This document shows positions 39,701 to 51,859 of a stretch of 64,000 nucleotides of DNA, one piece after another; position 1 is the first letter of the stretch, and each line of letters opens with the position of its first letter. Source of the DNA: Octopus sinensis (taxonomy: Eukaryota). The position numbers and the translations under genes were made by a program. The stretch lies in NCBI RefSeq assembly GCF_006345805.1, contig NC_043016.1, positions 4,402,001-4,466,000 of the forward strand, written 5' to 3'. The notes under the pieces are model-generated. The model searched no databases. It was not told where the DNA came from and saw nothing but the letters and a program-made list of their open reading frames with translations.

Positions 39701-41839
39701 AGCACTTTTTTCGGATAAAACCAAGAACTTATACCTGGTAGATAACAGCAAATACACACAACTCTTACACAACAGCATTACTAATAATTATACTAAGGCT
39801 AGGACACAGACATATAACGAAATTAATAAAGAAGCTAGCGTCATCGCCGCTAAACTTAAATTAGATAAAAAAATAGAAACCCTCCCCCAAAAAGAGGCCT
39901 TTATTACTATTAAAGATCACAAAGAAAACTTCCTTTCCAACCCTAAATGTAGGCTTATCAACCCAGCCAAGTCAGAACTAGGGATTATTAGCAAAGAAAT
40001 TTTAGATAAAATAAATACGAAAATTAAGACCGATACTAGGCTAGTGCAATGATCCAATAGTATAGAAGTCGTAGACTGGTTTAAAGCTATTAAGAATAAG
40101 AAAAAAGCGAGGTTTACACAATTCGATATTGTTGATTTTTATGCCTCTATCTCTAAAGAACTGCTAGATAAAGCCCTAATCTTCGCTAGTGACTTCATAG
40201 AAATTAGTACCAATGATAAGGATATAATCTTCCATGCTAGAAAGACATTACTTTTCAGTGAGAATGCAAAGTGGGTAAAAAACACCGACACGGAGGGCGC
40301 TTTCGATGTGAGCATGGGTTCATATGATGGGGCAGGCATCTGTGATCTAATTGGACTCTTTCTCCTAGATACCTTCGGTAAGACATTCCCTAACGTACAT
40401 TTCGCCATCTACAAAGATGATGCCCTCGCCTTAACAGCTAATACAAATCGACCAGCACAAGATCGTTTTAGGAAGGATATTATCCAGTTAATGAAACACT
40501 TCGGACTTAGTATAACTATAGACACTAACCTGACGGTTGTCAATTTCTTAGACGTTTCCTTAGATCTTAATAATAATATTTATAAGCCTTATAGGAAGCC
40601 CAATGATAGACTAAGTTATATTAATGTAGGTTCATGCCATCCCCCTATAGTATTCAAAAATTTAGTTAAAAATATTAGTAAGAGGATTTCTAGCCTCTCA
40701 TCTAATGAGGACATCTTCAATAGCGTTGCCCCAGTTTATAATAAAGCTTTAAAAGATAGTGGTTTTAGCGAAAAAATAAAATATACACCTATTACCAGCC
40801 CAACAGTAAGGAAAAGGAATAATAGAAATAGGAAGGTCATCTGGTTTACGCCCCCTTACTCACCCGAGGTGGCCTTCAATATAGGTAAATGTTTCCTAGC
40901 ACTGATAGATAGACATTTTCCAGTTAACCATGCTTATAGGAAACTCTTCAATAGACACAATTTAAAAATTAGTTTTAGTTCAACTACCAATTTTAAAAAC
41001 ATAATCAATCATAACATACAAAAAACACAAGAAGAAAACAGCTGTTCATGCAGGAATAAAGAATTGTGCCCGCTAAATGGAGCTTGCATGTCCAAGACCA
41101 TCATATATGAAGCTACCGTAAACTCTATAACCACTAAAGACACCGTTTCGACGAAGAAATACGTGGGCCTGACAGAGGGGGTAATTTCAAGGCCAGGTTC
41201 AATAACCACACTTTGAGCTTTAGGCACTGGAACAAAAGAAAAGCGACACAATTATCCAATCATATTTGGTCTTTAAGAGATAAAGGTGTCGATTATAACA
41301 TACAATGGAAGATTTTGGCCAGATGTAAGCCCTACACTAACGGCAGCGGAAGGTGCGGTTTATGCGACATGGAGAGATGGCTTATCTGGAAAAGCAGCTT
41401 AGACCCTACCACATGTCTAAATACAAGGACAGAGCTTTTCGGATCATGCCCACATGTGACTAAATTTCTGTTACGTTTTTGGTCCCCTAAAGAAAACGGA
41501 TAGAACATGCTTTCTGTGTTATGTCCCAAGAAGATTTTATATATTTTTATATATTTTTATGTATTTTATATAATTTTTATGACGAAAACTGCGAGCGATG
41601 TATAAGTACGCAAAGCAGAGTTATAACAGAGTAATTTCCCTTCATTTTTAACGGTATTTTTCATAACGTTTTCAAATAGCCAGATAACCGAAGAGATGGT
41701 GTTGTGGATTTCCACTTCGGCATCTGAAACTCAGAGTTTTATCTTGACTACCGAGTAATGTAACATATTGTATAGATAAATTTCCTCTATTTACATAATA
41801 TTGAGGTCTCTTCTTTCTTTTGTTATCTTACCGTTTTAT

Positions 41840-41842
<3 letters not shown>
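39701..41842 (+). mobile_element. Neptune-like Penelope element (RT plus GIY-YIG endonuclease and 3' UTR), 5'-truncated
   Basis: DKTKNLY...KDHKENF..NPKCRLINPAKSELG...FDIVDFYASI...MGSYDGA..CDLIG...YKDDAL...FLDVSLDL...SCHPP; CSCRNKELCPLNGAC; IIYEATV...YVGLTEG. One TGA at 40050-40052 and a +2 frameshift near 41175. Ends in (TA)n. Confidence 0.95.
41682..41744 (+). ncRNA. Type I hammerhead ribozyme, variant core CCGAAGA, in PLE 3' UTR
   Basis: Stem I AGATAA/TTATCT, core CCGAAGA, stem II GATG/CATC, GAAAC, near-palindromic stem III AACTC-A-GAGTT, triplet GTT. Confidence 0.65.
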
Positions 41843-41880
<38 letters not shown>

Positions 41881-41883
<3 letters not shown>

Positions 41884-42386
41884 TAGCAGTATCGCCCGGC
41901 GTTGCTCGGGTTTGTAAGGGAAAAATAACTATATAAGCATTTTTAGAGAGTTACTCCCTTATAAATTCGGGCTTTCTTAGCCATTTTTGTTTTGGTGTCT
42001 TCAAGCCATGAAGTCGTTGTTCTAAAAGAACGCTGGTTTCCTTCACAACGCATTACGACGTTGTTTTCTTTACACTCCCTTCCCCACAGCTTCACGAGGG
42101 AGGGAAGGGGGAGAAGCAAACAGGTGCAGCTGTGAGCGTGGACGCCAACTCCGCCGCCATCGACATACGATGCATTTTATGCATTAAAATGGAATAAAAA
42201 ATGATGTTAAATTATTTTTAAAATCGTAGACTCATCGTTGGCGCGCGCTAATAGTCAGACGGGCTCGATATGAATCACGACTATAAGATACCCGAATTTG
42301 GTTAAACTGCACCGCAAAATGTGGGAGGAGTTAGGAATCTAAATCGAAGGGGACAGACACTCACACAACTAGAGTTTTATATATAT

Positions 42387-42390
<4 letters not shown>
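41881..42390 (+). mobile_element. Helitron-type non-autonomous element (Lep1/HINE-like)
   Basis: Starts ACTAGCAGTATCGCCCGGCGTTGCTCGGG and ends CAGACACTCACACAACTAGAGTTTTATATATATAGAT. Sits in a microsatellite with no TSD seen. Confidence 0.65.
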
Positions 42391-42479
<89 letters not shown>

Positions 42480-42587
42480 TAGATTTTGTACACACATATA
42501 TGTGTATGTGTGTGTGGAGAGAGAGAGAGAGAGAGAGAGAGATACAGATAGAGTGAAAGAGGGGGGTGAGAAAGAGAGGGAGAGAGT

Positions 42588-42735
42588 CAAGCGTAGCTGT
42601 GTGGTAAGGAATTTCGCTTCCCATCCACATGGTTTGGGGATCAGTCCTACTGCGGTTGTCAATTTGGGTCTGTGTCTTCTGCTATGGTCTCGGGCTGATG
42701 AAGTGGTTTTGGTAGAAGAAAACTAAAGGAAGACT
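42588..42735 (+). mobile_element. SINE family B, 5' part, diverged
   Basis: GTAGCTGTGTGGTAAG...CCACATGGTT.GGG.TCAGTCC matches the head at 36859. Confidence 0.75.
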
Positions 42736-43199
42736 CACACACACACACACGCATGCACACACATTGTGTATACACAAACACACACAGTTCACTGTTCCGT
42801 TAAGGTAGAATCAACAAACTTCATCAAACGAGAGATAAATATCATTTAATGTACGCTGTATTAAAATAAGAGCTACAAATAATTAATTGCCTTTGAGAAA
42901 CATGGTCAGGCAGGTTCGTATAACTTGCCTTGTGTCTCAGAGTAATCTTCGGGCTCTGAACACATGGTCTGTTCTTGAAAATCAGGACGCTGGTGCATGA
43001 TATACGACGAGAAAAAGCGAGAAGTTTGATGCAAAAAGGAGAATGAGAAAATAAAGGTCGAATAAAAGCGGAAAAAAAAAGGAAGAATAAAAATAAGTTA
43101 CGTCTCTTTTGACCGCAGAGGTCATAATTAAAGTAGTTGCTCTAGAATAATTCAATGGAGAGGCGTCCAAAGTCTGCGAGACAGCTGCTCAATCTTGAG

Positions 43200-43649
43200 A
43201 GGGACGTGTCCTCAAGTTTGGTAAAATAAATTTGTTTATATGCTTGAATTTGTGGAAAATTTAGGATCTGGAATTAAGTAGTGTGGTGGATTTCTAAGAA
43301 GAATGTGAGATATTTTTGCCATGCCTAAGTTGCATTTCTGAGATCCATTTATATACAGAGTAGATTTCTCCACTATTCTCCACTATGTGGTGTGCAGTTG
43401 ATCTTCAAACCCCATAACGTGGCTAACCAACTTAGTGACTTTATTTCTGTCGGAAATTTGCATAACGTCTTTTAAAATTGCCTTTCATAAACCGATGTAA
43501 TTCCTTTTCAGTTAACGCTGCTGTGACTTCTACCTCATAGACAACAGAGTTTATCATACGCACCTGGTTAAATGGGCAAGATTCAGGGTCTCGATAGTTA
43601 CAACTTGGAGTGTATGTATGTATATATGTTGTATGTGTGAGTGCATATC

Positions 43650-43680
<31 letters not shown>

Positions 43681-44290
43681 ATATTTGTATATATGAATAT
43701 TCCTGTATTTATAGTTTACTGGAAAATACTTATCTGAAAGAACTAGAAATTTCTTGCCTATGTTAGATTTTACATTCAGAGAGAAAGGCTGGGGAGGGGG
43801 GACAAACATTATTTTTCTAGGTATTTTTTTAGGTCTAGTTTTAGGTTTGTTCTTTTTGCTTGAAATGTAATACATTCTATATTTAAAGGCGCTGTTAGAT
43901 AGAGCATTGTCATAATAGGCGACTTATGAAATATTTCTTTGATAGAGGACAGATTAAATTTCCTATTTCTGATGTCAGTTGTCAGATTTTCGAACACTAT
44001 AGAGTTTCTCTTTTGGTTTATGGTAGGGGCTTATGGTTTGTAAGAGCGGGAGTTCAGGTCTTTGAAAACATCTAAAAAAGCGATTTTTTTGCAGATTAGT
44101 GATAAAAGTGATTTTGAGGTTTAATTGGTTAAAGGTATAATTGATATTTTTCCCCCCTAAATTTATCGAGGCTGTGAACTTCACTGCTGTGAGATATTCC
44201 CGAACCATCGTCCCGGTATAAGCCGAAAACTGTGACAAGTATTTTGAATCGCAGTGGTTTAATATAAACACACCTACGAGATTGTAGATA
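43200..44290 (-). mobile_element. Second, older Neptune-like PLE remnant
   Basis: RKIMFVPPPQPFSLNVKSNIGKKFL..DKYFP; SCNYRDPESCP..SVVYEVEV; GNFKRRYAN; INGSQKCNL. Interrupted by a microsatellite. Confidence 0.85.
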
Positions 44291-44297
44291 TCTGCAC

Positions 44298-44333
<36 letters not shown>

Positions 44334-44602
44334 GTGTGTGTGTGTGGTGTGTGTGGTGTGTGTAAGACAATAAAGCAAACATGTGTAGGACAGAAAGCAT
44401 TAAAACAGTGATAGGAGAACCGTTGTAACAATGGAAACCTCTGACTTAGACGATATAGCAACAAATAAATACTTAACCACAACGGTAATGATAGCAGCAG
44501 CAGCAGCAGCAGTAGCAGCCTCAACAAGAAAAGCACCAGCAGCAGGAGCAAACAACGTGAACAGCAAGGAGAAAAACAAGAGTGTACGAAAATGATGATA
44601 AT

Positions 44603-44633
<31 letters not shown>

Positions 44634-45072
44634 TCAAAACACAATACATTTGAAAACAAATGGGAAACGAGTAATGAAAATCGGATGACAACGAACTTAG
44701 AAAGAAAATCAGGGGAACATAAAACGGTAGAAAGAAGGAATTTAACCATAGGATAGTATTTAAATATTTTTGTCTGTTTTTTATTTACTCTTCTTCTTTC
44801 TTTGTCAAGAATTAGTTTCCGTTTCTCTGTTATAAAACTTTCTGACAGATATCGTTACCTAGAAGGAAAACAGACAGGTAAATAAAATATCTAATTTCTT
44901 CTTTCTGCGTGAAATCACAGGTAAATAAATAAATAGTCAAAAACCTTGTCAGGTAGTCAGCTTTCTTTTGGCAATTTCTTTGCCAATTTCCCGCTAAATC
45001 TAGGCCAATGGGGAGCGAGGGTGTTCGAAGAAATACCAAACTAAAGAGAATTACAATATTTTGCTCTTTCCT

Positions 45073-45140
<68 letters not shown>

Positions 45141-45716
45141 TGTGCATGTATACGTGTTTGCATGCGCGTATGTGTATATATATATATATATATACTCTCT
45201 CACACGAACACACACGCACATGCACACACATATATGTGTGCGTGTGTGTGTGTATGTATGTATCTATACATACACAGACACATATAACCAATGACTGCAT
45301 AAAAAGCTCAATGCACAGTCAAATATTTCTTTTTACAAATTGGTATTTACTTCGGAGTTTGGTCAAGAAAGGTTCTTCGAACAGCAGTGCATAAAGAAAA
45401 AGAGAACAAAACAAAAAGAAACAAAAAACAAAACAAAACAAGCAAATGTTTAACATGCATAAAACATGTTAAGGAAATCGGGAGTGCTAATGGATGAAGT
45501 GTGATTATCGATAAACACTAATAAAGGAAAACAATATCATGTTGACAAGAGTGGGATTGGAGTCAATATACAGCTACTAAGAGGAGATAAGACGAATAGT
45601 CTGAAGTGCGATTTAAAAAGGGAAAAGTTCATATGAATGTAGAAGAAGGATATATATACATATATATATATGTGTGCGTGTGTGTGTGTGTGTATCTATA
45701 TCTCTATCTATCTATC

Positions 45717-45859
<143 letters not shown>

Positions 45860-45904
45860 TTATCTACCTATTCATCTATGTATGTATGTATGTATGTATG
45901 TATA

Positions 45905-46110
45905 TCAAAATGTAACCACATGTGAATCGTTGGCGATTTTTTCCCTCCATCTTCCTTTTCTGTTGGACCTCCCTCTGTTTCTGAAGAAGAGCTCTGCTCG
46001 AAACGTTAAACCATCTTTCTTTCCTTCCCTGAGCGACTTTACATGTACCATGTTCTCGTGTTGTTGTTTGTTTGTGTTTGTTCTTCGCTTTTTTTTAAAA
46101 TTTACTCTCT
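45905..46110 (+). mobile_element. Solitary PLE-type terminal repeat carrying a hammerhead
   Basis: Non-coding segment between a microsatellite and an AT tract containing the HHR at 45977-46011. PLE origin is inferred from the HHR type. Confidence 0.55.
45977..46011 (+). ncRNA. Minimal 35-nt type I hammerhead ribozyme
   Basis: Stem I GTTT/AAAC, core CTGAAGA, stem II GAGC-TCT-GCTC, GAAAC, palindromic AACGTT stem III. Confidence 0.75.
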
Positions 46111-46729
46111 ATATATATTCTATGGAAAAATACGAGCATGAAAAGTAATATTCTTAAGATTATAAACCTGGAAAATTACAGGACAAGTTATTACTTCAAG
46201 TAAAGTAAAGGACAAGAAACTTTTTACTTAAAATACAGTTCTCATCTTTTAAATTTATTGTACAAAACTGTTCAGCTAATTTGTAAGATTGTGCTGAAAT
46301 AACTTGGCATCCATTATCTAACGATGACTTTATAGCAGTTTCTCTCATTCTGCGTATTACAAATTAAAAATCATTTTCCATATTCTGAGACTTTGCTATA
46401 TAATTTCATGAATTTCTAAAACAATGAAAATTTATAAGCGCGCTCGCGCACACACACACACACAAATATGTATATATATTTCTATATGATTAGTAATTTT
46501 TGTATGCAATTTGAAATTGTTGAGATATTTCTTAACATGAAACCAATGGCAGCCTTAATACACAAATAAAGGTCATTTACGGACCGGTTGTTGAGTACTC
46601 ATTCTCATTGTTCGATATTTATGTGTGTGTGTATGTATAATATATATATATATATACACACATATATATGTGTGTGTGTGTGTGTGTGCGTGCGTATCAT
46701 CATCATCATCATCATTATTATTATTGTAT

Positions 46730-49105
46730 GTTTGACTTTTGCTTTGCATTTGTACAATTCGGTTCCAAGTCTCACCCAGAAACTTCAAGTTAGAATTTCC
46801 TGTCGGTGCTATGCCTAGGGTACCATATATTTGGTTTTACAAATGTTCTAGAGAATGTTGTTTAAGGAACCATAAGAAACTTATGAGTTTGTTTTACAAT
46901 TGAGATTACATAGACAGTATTTTACATAGGATATGAGCAGTTCCCATGAGCACTATCTTTTGAATCTCTGCCATTCTGGGGTTTCCTGGTATGCCTTAGA
47001 TATTTCTTTGCCAGGTAGCAATCAGCCCCTTTTGCAATCATTCCTAAGGCATCTATGACATCAGGTATTGCTTTAGTTTTCGGATTCCACATTATGCCAA
47101 TTTCGATTTCAAGATCTTTATACTTGGTCAGTTTTTGGTAGGTCTTGACAGATACGTTTATATATATTGGGACAGTCATATCAATGAGGAGGCATGTTCT
47201 TTGTGTGAAGTCTTTCAATATGATGTCTGGCCTATTCGCATCTATCTTTCTGTCAGTTTGAATGGAGAAGTTCCAGAGGAGTGAGATGTGGTCATTTTCA
47301 AGCACAGGAGGTAGTTTGTGTTCCCACCAGTTTTTATCATGGGGCAAGTCCAGGTTTTTGCAAATTACCCAGTGAATATATTATGCCTGTTGAGATACTC
47401 TGTAGGTATTCCTAGGTATTAATAGGTTTGTTCCTGTTTCGACATCTAATTCGATTGAACTTGACTTTACCAATTTCCTTTTCTTAAAAGTGGCTTTGGC
47501 ACACTTTTCAAGGCCAAACTTCATCCCGATATCATCACTGAATCCTTTCACAGTATGTAATAATCCTTCAAGCTCTTCATCATCTTTGCCATATAGTTTT
47601 AAGTCATCCATATAGAATAGATGGCTTATTTTCCTGTTGTCAATTTTGTAGCCATATCCTGTTTTATTCAGTTCACTTGAGAGTGGTATTAGTGCTATGC
47701 AGAAAATTAGTGGTGAAAGTGAGTCACCTTGGAAAATGCCACAGTTTATGCTAATATTGTTTGAGCGCAATACTCCATTAGAATGATATAATTGGAGCTT
47801 TGTGTTCCATAGTGACATATTATACTTTAAAAAATCTGAAATCATAGGAGAAAGTTTGAAAATGTCCAGCGATTTCAGAATCCACGAATGTGGTATGCTG
47901 TCAAAGGCTTTTTTTATAATCAATCCATGAAGAGCTGAGATTTCTGCGCTTGTTATGGCCATTCTCAAGGATCATGCGATTAATTAGGAGCTGATCTTTG
48001 CATCCGTATGAGCCTCGTCTGCATCCGTTTTGTTCAGTGGGAAAGAGGTTATTCTCTTCCATAAACGTATATGTTTTCTCTACTAGAATAGATGTCAAAA
48101 TCTTATAGGTAATAGACAAACATGTTATAGGCCGGTAGTTTTTTGGGTCTATCGTTTCGTTGTTTTTGGGGAGGAGGTTAAGTAATACCATTTACCATCC
48201 AATGGGGAGTTTTTTCCGGGTCTTTCATAATACTATTAAATATTATTACTAACATTTTGTGTGCGGACGTGAGTGATGAGAGCCAGAAATTTGGTACTCT
48301 GTCAATACCAGGGGATTTCCACTTATGAGCCTTCGTTAGTGCCCTCCTTAGGTCGGCGATTGAGATGTCTTCCCATACCTGTTCTTGTAGATTTTTGTAG
48401 GCATCCTGGGTGCGTTTGATCCACTCTGCATTTTCGTTGCATGGTTTCTCATCACTCCAGATCCCCTTCCAAAAGTTTTCAACTTCTTCCATTAGGGGTG
48501 GATTTTCAATGGTTATTTTTTCTTTCCCTATTTCCCTGTAAAATGATTTGGCATTGGAGTTGAACATATTTTGTTTGTAGAATTTGATTCTTTTCTCAAA
48601 TCTGCGTATTCTCTGAGCTTTTGCTTGAACTTTTTGCTTAAGTGTTTCTTTCGCTGAGATTAGTTCTTCTCTTGTTGCGAGTCCATATTTTCTCACAATC
48701 TTCCTACCTTTTCTTGATCTTACATCATTTTCAAAGATTAGCTCAGTTAATATTGATCTCTCCCTTCGCAGTGATTCAATTTCAGTTTCAATTCTACTCC
48801 TCCAGTTTGATTTTCTTTTCGAATTTGGTATTGCTGGCTTTTTGGGTGTTAAACAGCGTCTTTCGATTACCTTAGCGACAGAGTAAATAATTTCATTTAA
48901 TTTATTAAGATCAGGTTTTAGTTTGTGTATGATTTCTTGTGTAACGCAGTTGCCAATTTTTATTTGTATTTTATGTTGGTGTGCATTTGAGAGTTTATGG
49001 AGTGGTTCCCTATCATTCATAGTTGTATGCCCTACAACTGCAAGCTCATTCAGAACTTCTTGCTTCATTTCAATGATAGATTTTATTATTAGCGTCACCA
49101 AACAT
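46730..49105 (-). mobile_element. R4/Dong-type LINE, 5'-truncated and internally deleted, with 3' UTR and (AAT)n tail
   Basis: KAHKWKSPGIDRVPNFW; NYRPITCL; GIFQGDSLSPLIFC; HLFYMDDLKLY; LWNFSIQTDRKIDANRPDII. Confidence 0.93.
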
Positions 49106-49159
49106 TTATATACACAGTTTAACTCACTTAATTTTCATTTGTTTTTAGATTTAACCCAT

Positions 49160-49341
49160 TAGGAATAATGAAGGGAACCAGACGAATCTTTGGACAAAAG
49201 GAAATTTGTCCCCAAATGCTACTGGAAATTTGAAAACGCAGTAGATATGCAGTTTGGAGGGAGTTTGAAATATACACCGATGCGACTCAATATATTCAAA
49301 TTAAAGATAATGTTTGATTAAGATGAAACTGTTTAGAATGT

Positions 49342-49372
<31 letters not shown>

Positions 49373-50215
49373 AAAACGCTCGGGAAGATGGCGGACATCA
49401 ACAAGCCTCACTAAGAAAGAAAGACTGTAAACGGTGCATTGCAAGCGTTCGAGAAAATTTGTGGGGAAAGAGAATAATGAGACAAGAGTTTCAAAGCACC
49501 TTTTTGAGCGCTATCATTGAAAAAGATACATTCCAAGAATAGTCTATGCTCTCAATAAAGATGATCTTGACTGAAGAGTAGAGTTCTGAGTGGTTGATGA
49601 CATCATGTGAAAAAGATGTACACTTTCCCACAAAACTTGTTTGGATTGGATTGGATAGGATTTACATTAAATCTTTAATTAACCACCACAGTTGCACATA
49701 TTGGAGACCTGAGAATTCGCCTATTATGGAAAAACACCATGACAATTTACCAGAAGTTACAGTACAGCATATCATCAAGAGGATCAATTAGATCATCCCT
49801 TTTTTTAAGGTAATGTCCAATTTACTTGAACCTGTTGCGATAAACTGTGATAAGCATTCGTGAAGACTTTGAATATGTAAAGTCTTATTTTCAGCAAAAT
49901 AGGACACGCCCTAAATTACCATTGTAATGTAAGAGCCCTAATTAATGAAAATCTGCCGAGCGAGTGGATTGGACGAAGAGATCCAGTAGAATACTTGACG
50001 AGTTCTTCAAACCCTACTTCACTAGAAACTTTTGATAAGGATGCTTAAAAGATAAAGTTTACGGTACAAAACCGACAAAAGCCGACGAATTAACGACTGG
50101 CATTGAGCAAGAATAAGCACAAATATCGAATGAAGTATTTCTTAATTTGTGCAATTCCATTGTTTCGCATGATCAGTTGTACCTAGACCAGAATGGTCAT
50201 CAGTTTGAAACTAAG
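49160..50215 (+). mobile_element. Tc1/mariner-superfamily remnant (rosa/DD41D-like, DUF4817-type N terminus)
   Basis: KCYWKFENAVDMQ; INHHSCTYWRPENSP; WIGRRD...LKDKVYGTKP..DEL...NGHQFE. Many stops. Confidence 0.7.
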
Positions 50216-50419
50216 CAATTTATAAAACGGTAAATTCTATCTGTGGATTGTAGATTCTAATAAATTTCGAAAATGAATGAATTTTTATAAACACTGACTT
50301 TATGACTTTATAATCATTCAATGCGTGTATACATGTTTTAAGAACATCCTCTTTCTCTCCCTCTCTCTCTCTACATATATATACACATATATGTATATGT
50401 ATATATGAATGTGTGTGTA

Positions 50420-50458
<39 letters not shown>

Positions 50459-50517
50459 TCATATATGTGTGTGTGTGTGTGTGTATCTTTCCACACACAC
50501 ACACACACACACAACTC

Positions 50518-50615
50518 GGTGCAGTCGTGGCTGTGTGGTAAGATGCATACTACCCAACCACATGGTTCCAGGTTCAGTCCCACTGCGTGGCACCTTGGCC
50601 AAGTGTCCTCTACTA
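50518..50615 (+). mobile_element. SINE family B, 5' part
   Basis: GTGGCTGTGTGGTAAG...CCACATGGTTCCAGGTTCAGTCCCACTGCGTGGCACCTTGG. Confidence 0.85.
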
Positions 50616-51267
50616 TGACTGACCATTTCATCATGTTGAACCGTTAATCTCTACAAATTTTTTCTCTCGTTTCTTTTTTTACTTCGAAGAGCGTAAGCAC
50701 GAAACGTAGAAGACTATTCCATTCTTCTTGAGCGTTAAATTAATACACCTGCTTGTTGTTCCTACACCTATCTTCGTCTTTTGTTTTCTGTTCCCTCTCT
50801 CATCCCTTAGTTCTTCCACCACTCTTCCTCTTTCCTACCACGTGACTGGTAGTACTTTTTCGGCCTGCTGCTGACCCAGCCAGACACGTTTGTATTCCAT
50901 CTGTCAAGGACATTCTCCATTTCTTTGCGCTACCACACTATGTCTGTCTTGAAAACCGAAAAGGCCTTTCCTGTTTGTATTGCATCGTTTTAGTACTATA
51001 TGCGTATAATAATTGCTTTTGCTTATTGTACAACTGTAAGGAATTTTCTATTGTGTATAATGCTATTTTGTCCGGTGATCGCACCCATCAGCTTTTTCCT
51101 GTAGCTCTATGTTCTGGCACATCCGCTAGATAACAGTGGTCTTGGTTTAATTAGCATGAAACCACTATGATGTCTCGGATACCAGCTGATGAGAAAGTCA
51201 GCTGCGAATGTTCTTTGTATCGTGTTTTTCTCTCTCTCTTCAGTCCGTTATGTTCTCGTCTAACTTT

Positions 51268-51307
<40 letters not shown>

Positions 51308-51337
51308 GCGAGAAAGAAGCAACAAGAATGGATAGGT

Positions 51338-51428
51338 TTTTAGTACGATCGTTTCATACAAGGACAGGTTTTATTAAAAGTTGCAAAGATTACAGCATAT
51401 AAACGAGTCCCGTACTCATCAGCTAAAA
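51338..51428 (-). ncRNA. Type I hammerhead ribozyme, left arm
   Basis: Exact mirror of 51769-51859. Confidence 0.85.
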
Positions 51429-51768
51429 TACATGTAAGTTCTCTAGACATCCTAGTGTTTGAGGCTATACTCATGAAGTAATGTAGATAATTAAACAGAT
51501 TTCTAAAGTTCATTCACCCTCTCTGTAATGCTAATAACAATGGATAAATTTGTCTTCTGTGAGTATATAATCCCTCATCATATCTATGGAAATTCATATG
51601 GATTAGGTCACCTTCTCTGTGATGCTACCAAAACTTTTTTAAAATTCTGTGATAAGACTATGCATCATCTTTAAAGAACTTTAATGAACTTTAGAAATCT
51701 GTTTAATTATCTACATTACTTCATGAGTATAGCCTCAAACACTAGGATGTCTAGAGAACTTACATGTA

Positions 51769-51859
51769 TTTTAGCTGATGAGTACGGGACTCGTTTATAT
51801 GCTGTAATCTTTGCAACTTTTAATAAAACCTGTCCTTGTATGAAACGATCGTACTAAAA
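51769..51859 (+). ncRNA. Type I hammerhead ribozyme, right arm
   Basis: Stem I TTTTAG/CTAAAA, core CTGATGA (51775-51781), 9-bp stem II GTACGGGAC/GTCCTTGTAT, GAAAC (51842-51846), palindromic ACGATCGT stem III, triplet GTA. Predicted cut after 51853. Confidence 0.85.

Noticed and set aside
38271-41842. Palindrome as a pure sequencing fold-back artefact
   Set aside because: The arms carry several substitutions and unit-number differences, the plus copy has 660 bp of extra in-frame PLE sequence, and the layout recurs at 51308. Not fully excluded without raw reads.
42920-42975. CCGAAGA/GAGAC hairpins downstream of the older PLE
   Set aside because: No workable stem II or III; simple hairpins only.
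49383-49395. YY1-like promoter motif AAGATGGCGG
   Set aside because: Lies inside a decayed transposase coding region.
51150-51215. CAGCTGATGAGAAAGTCAGCTG and an upstream GAAAC as a hammerhead
   Set aside because: CTGATGA abuts GAAA with no stem II; it folds as a plain hairpin.
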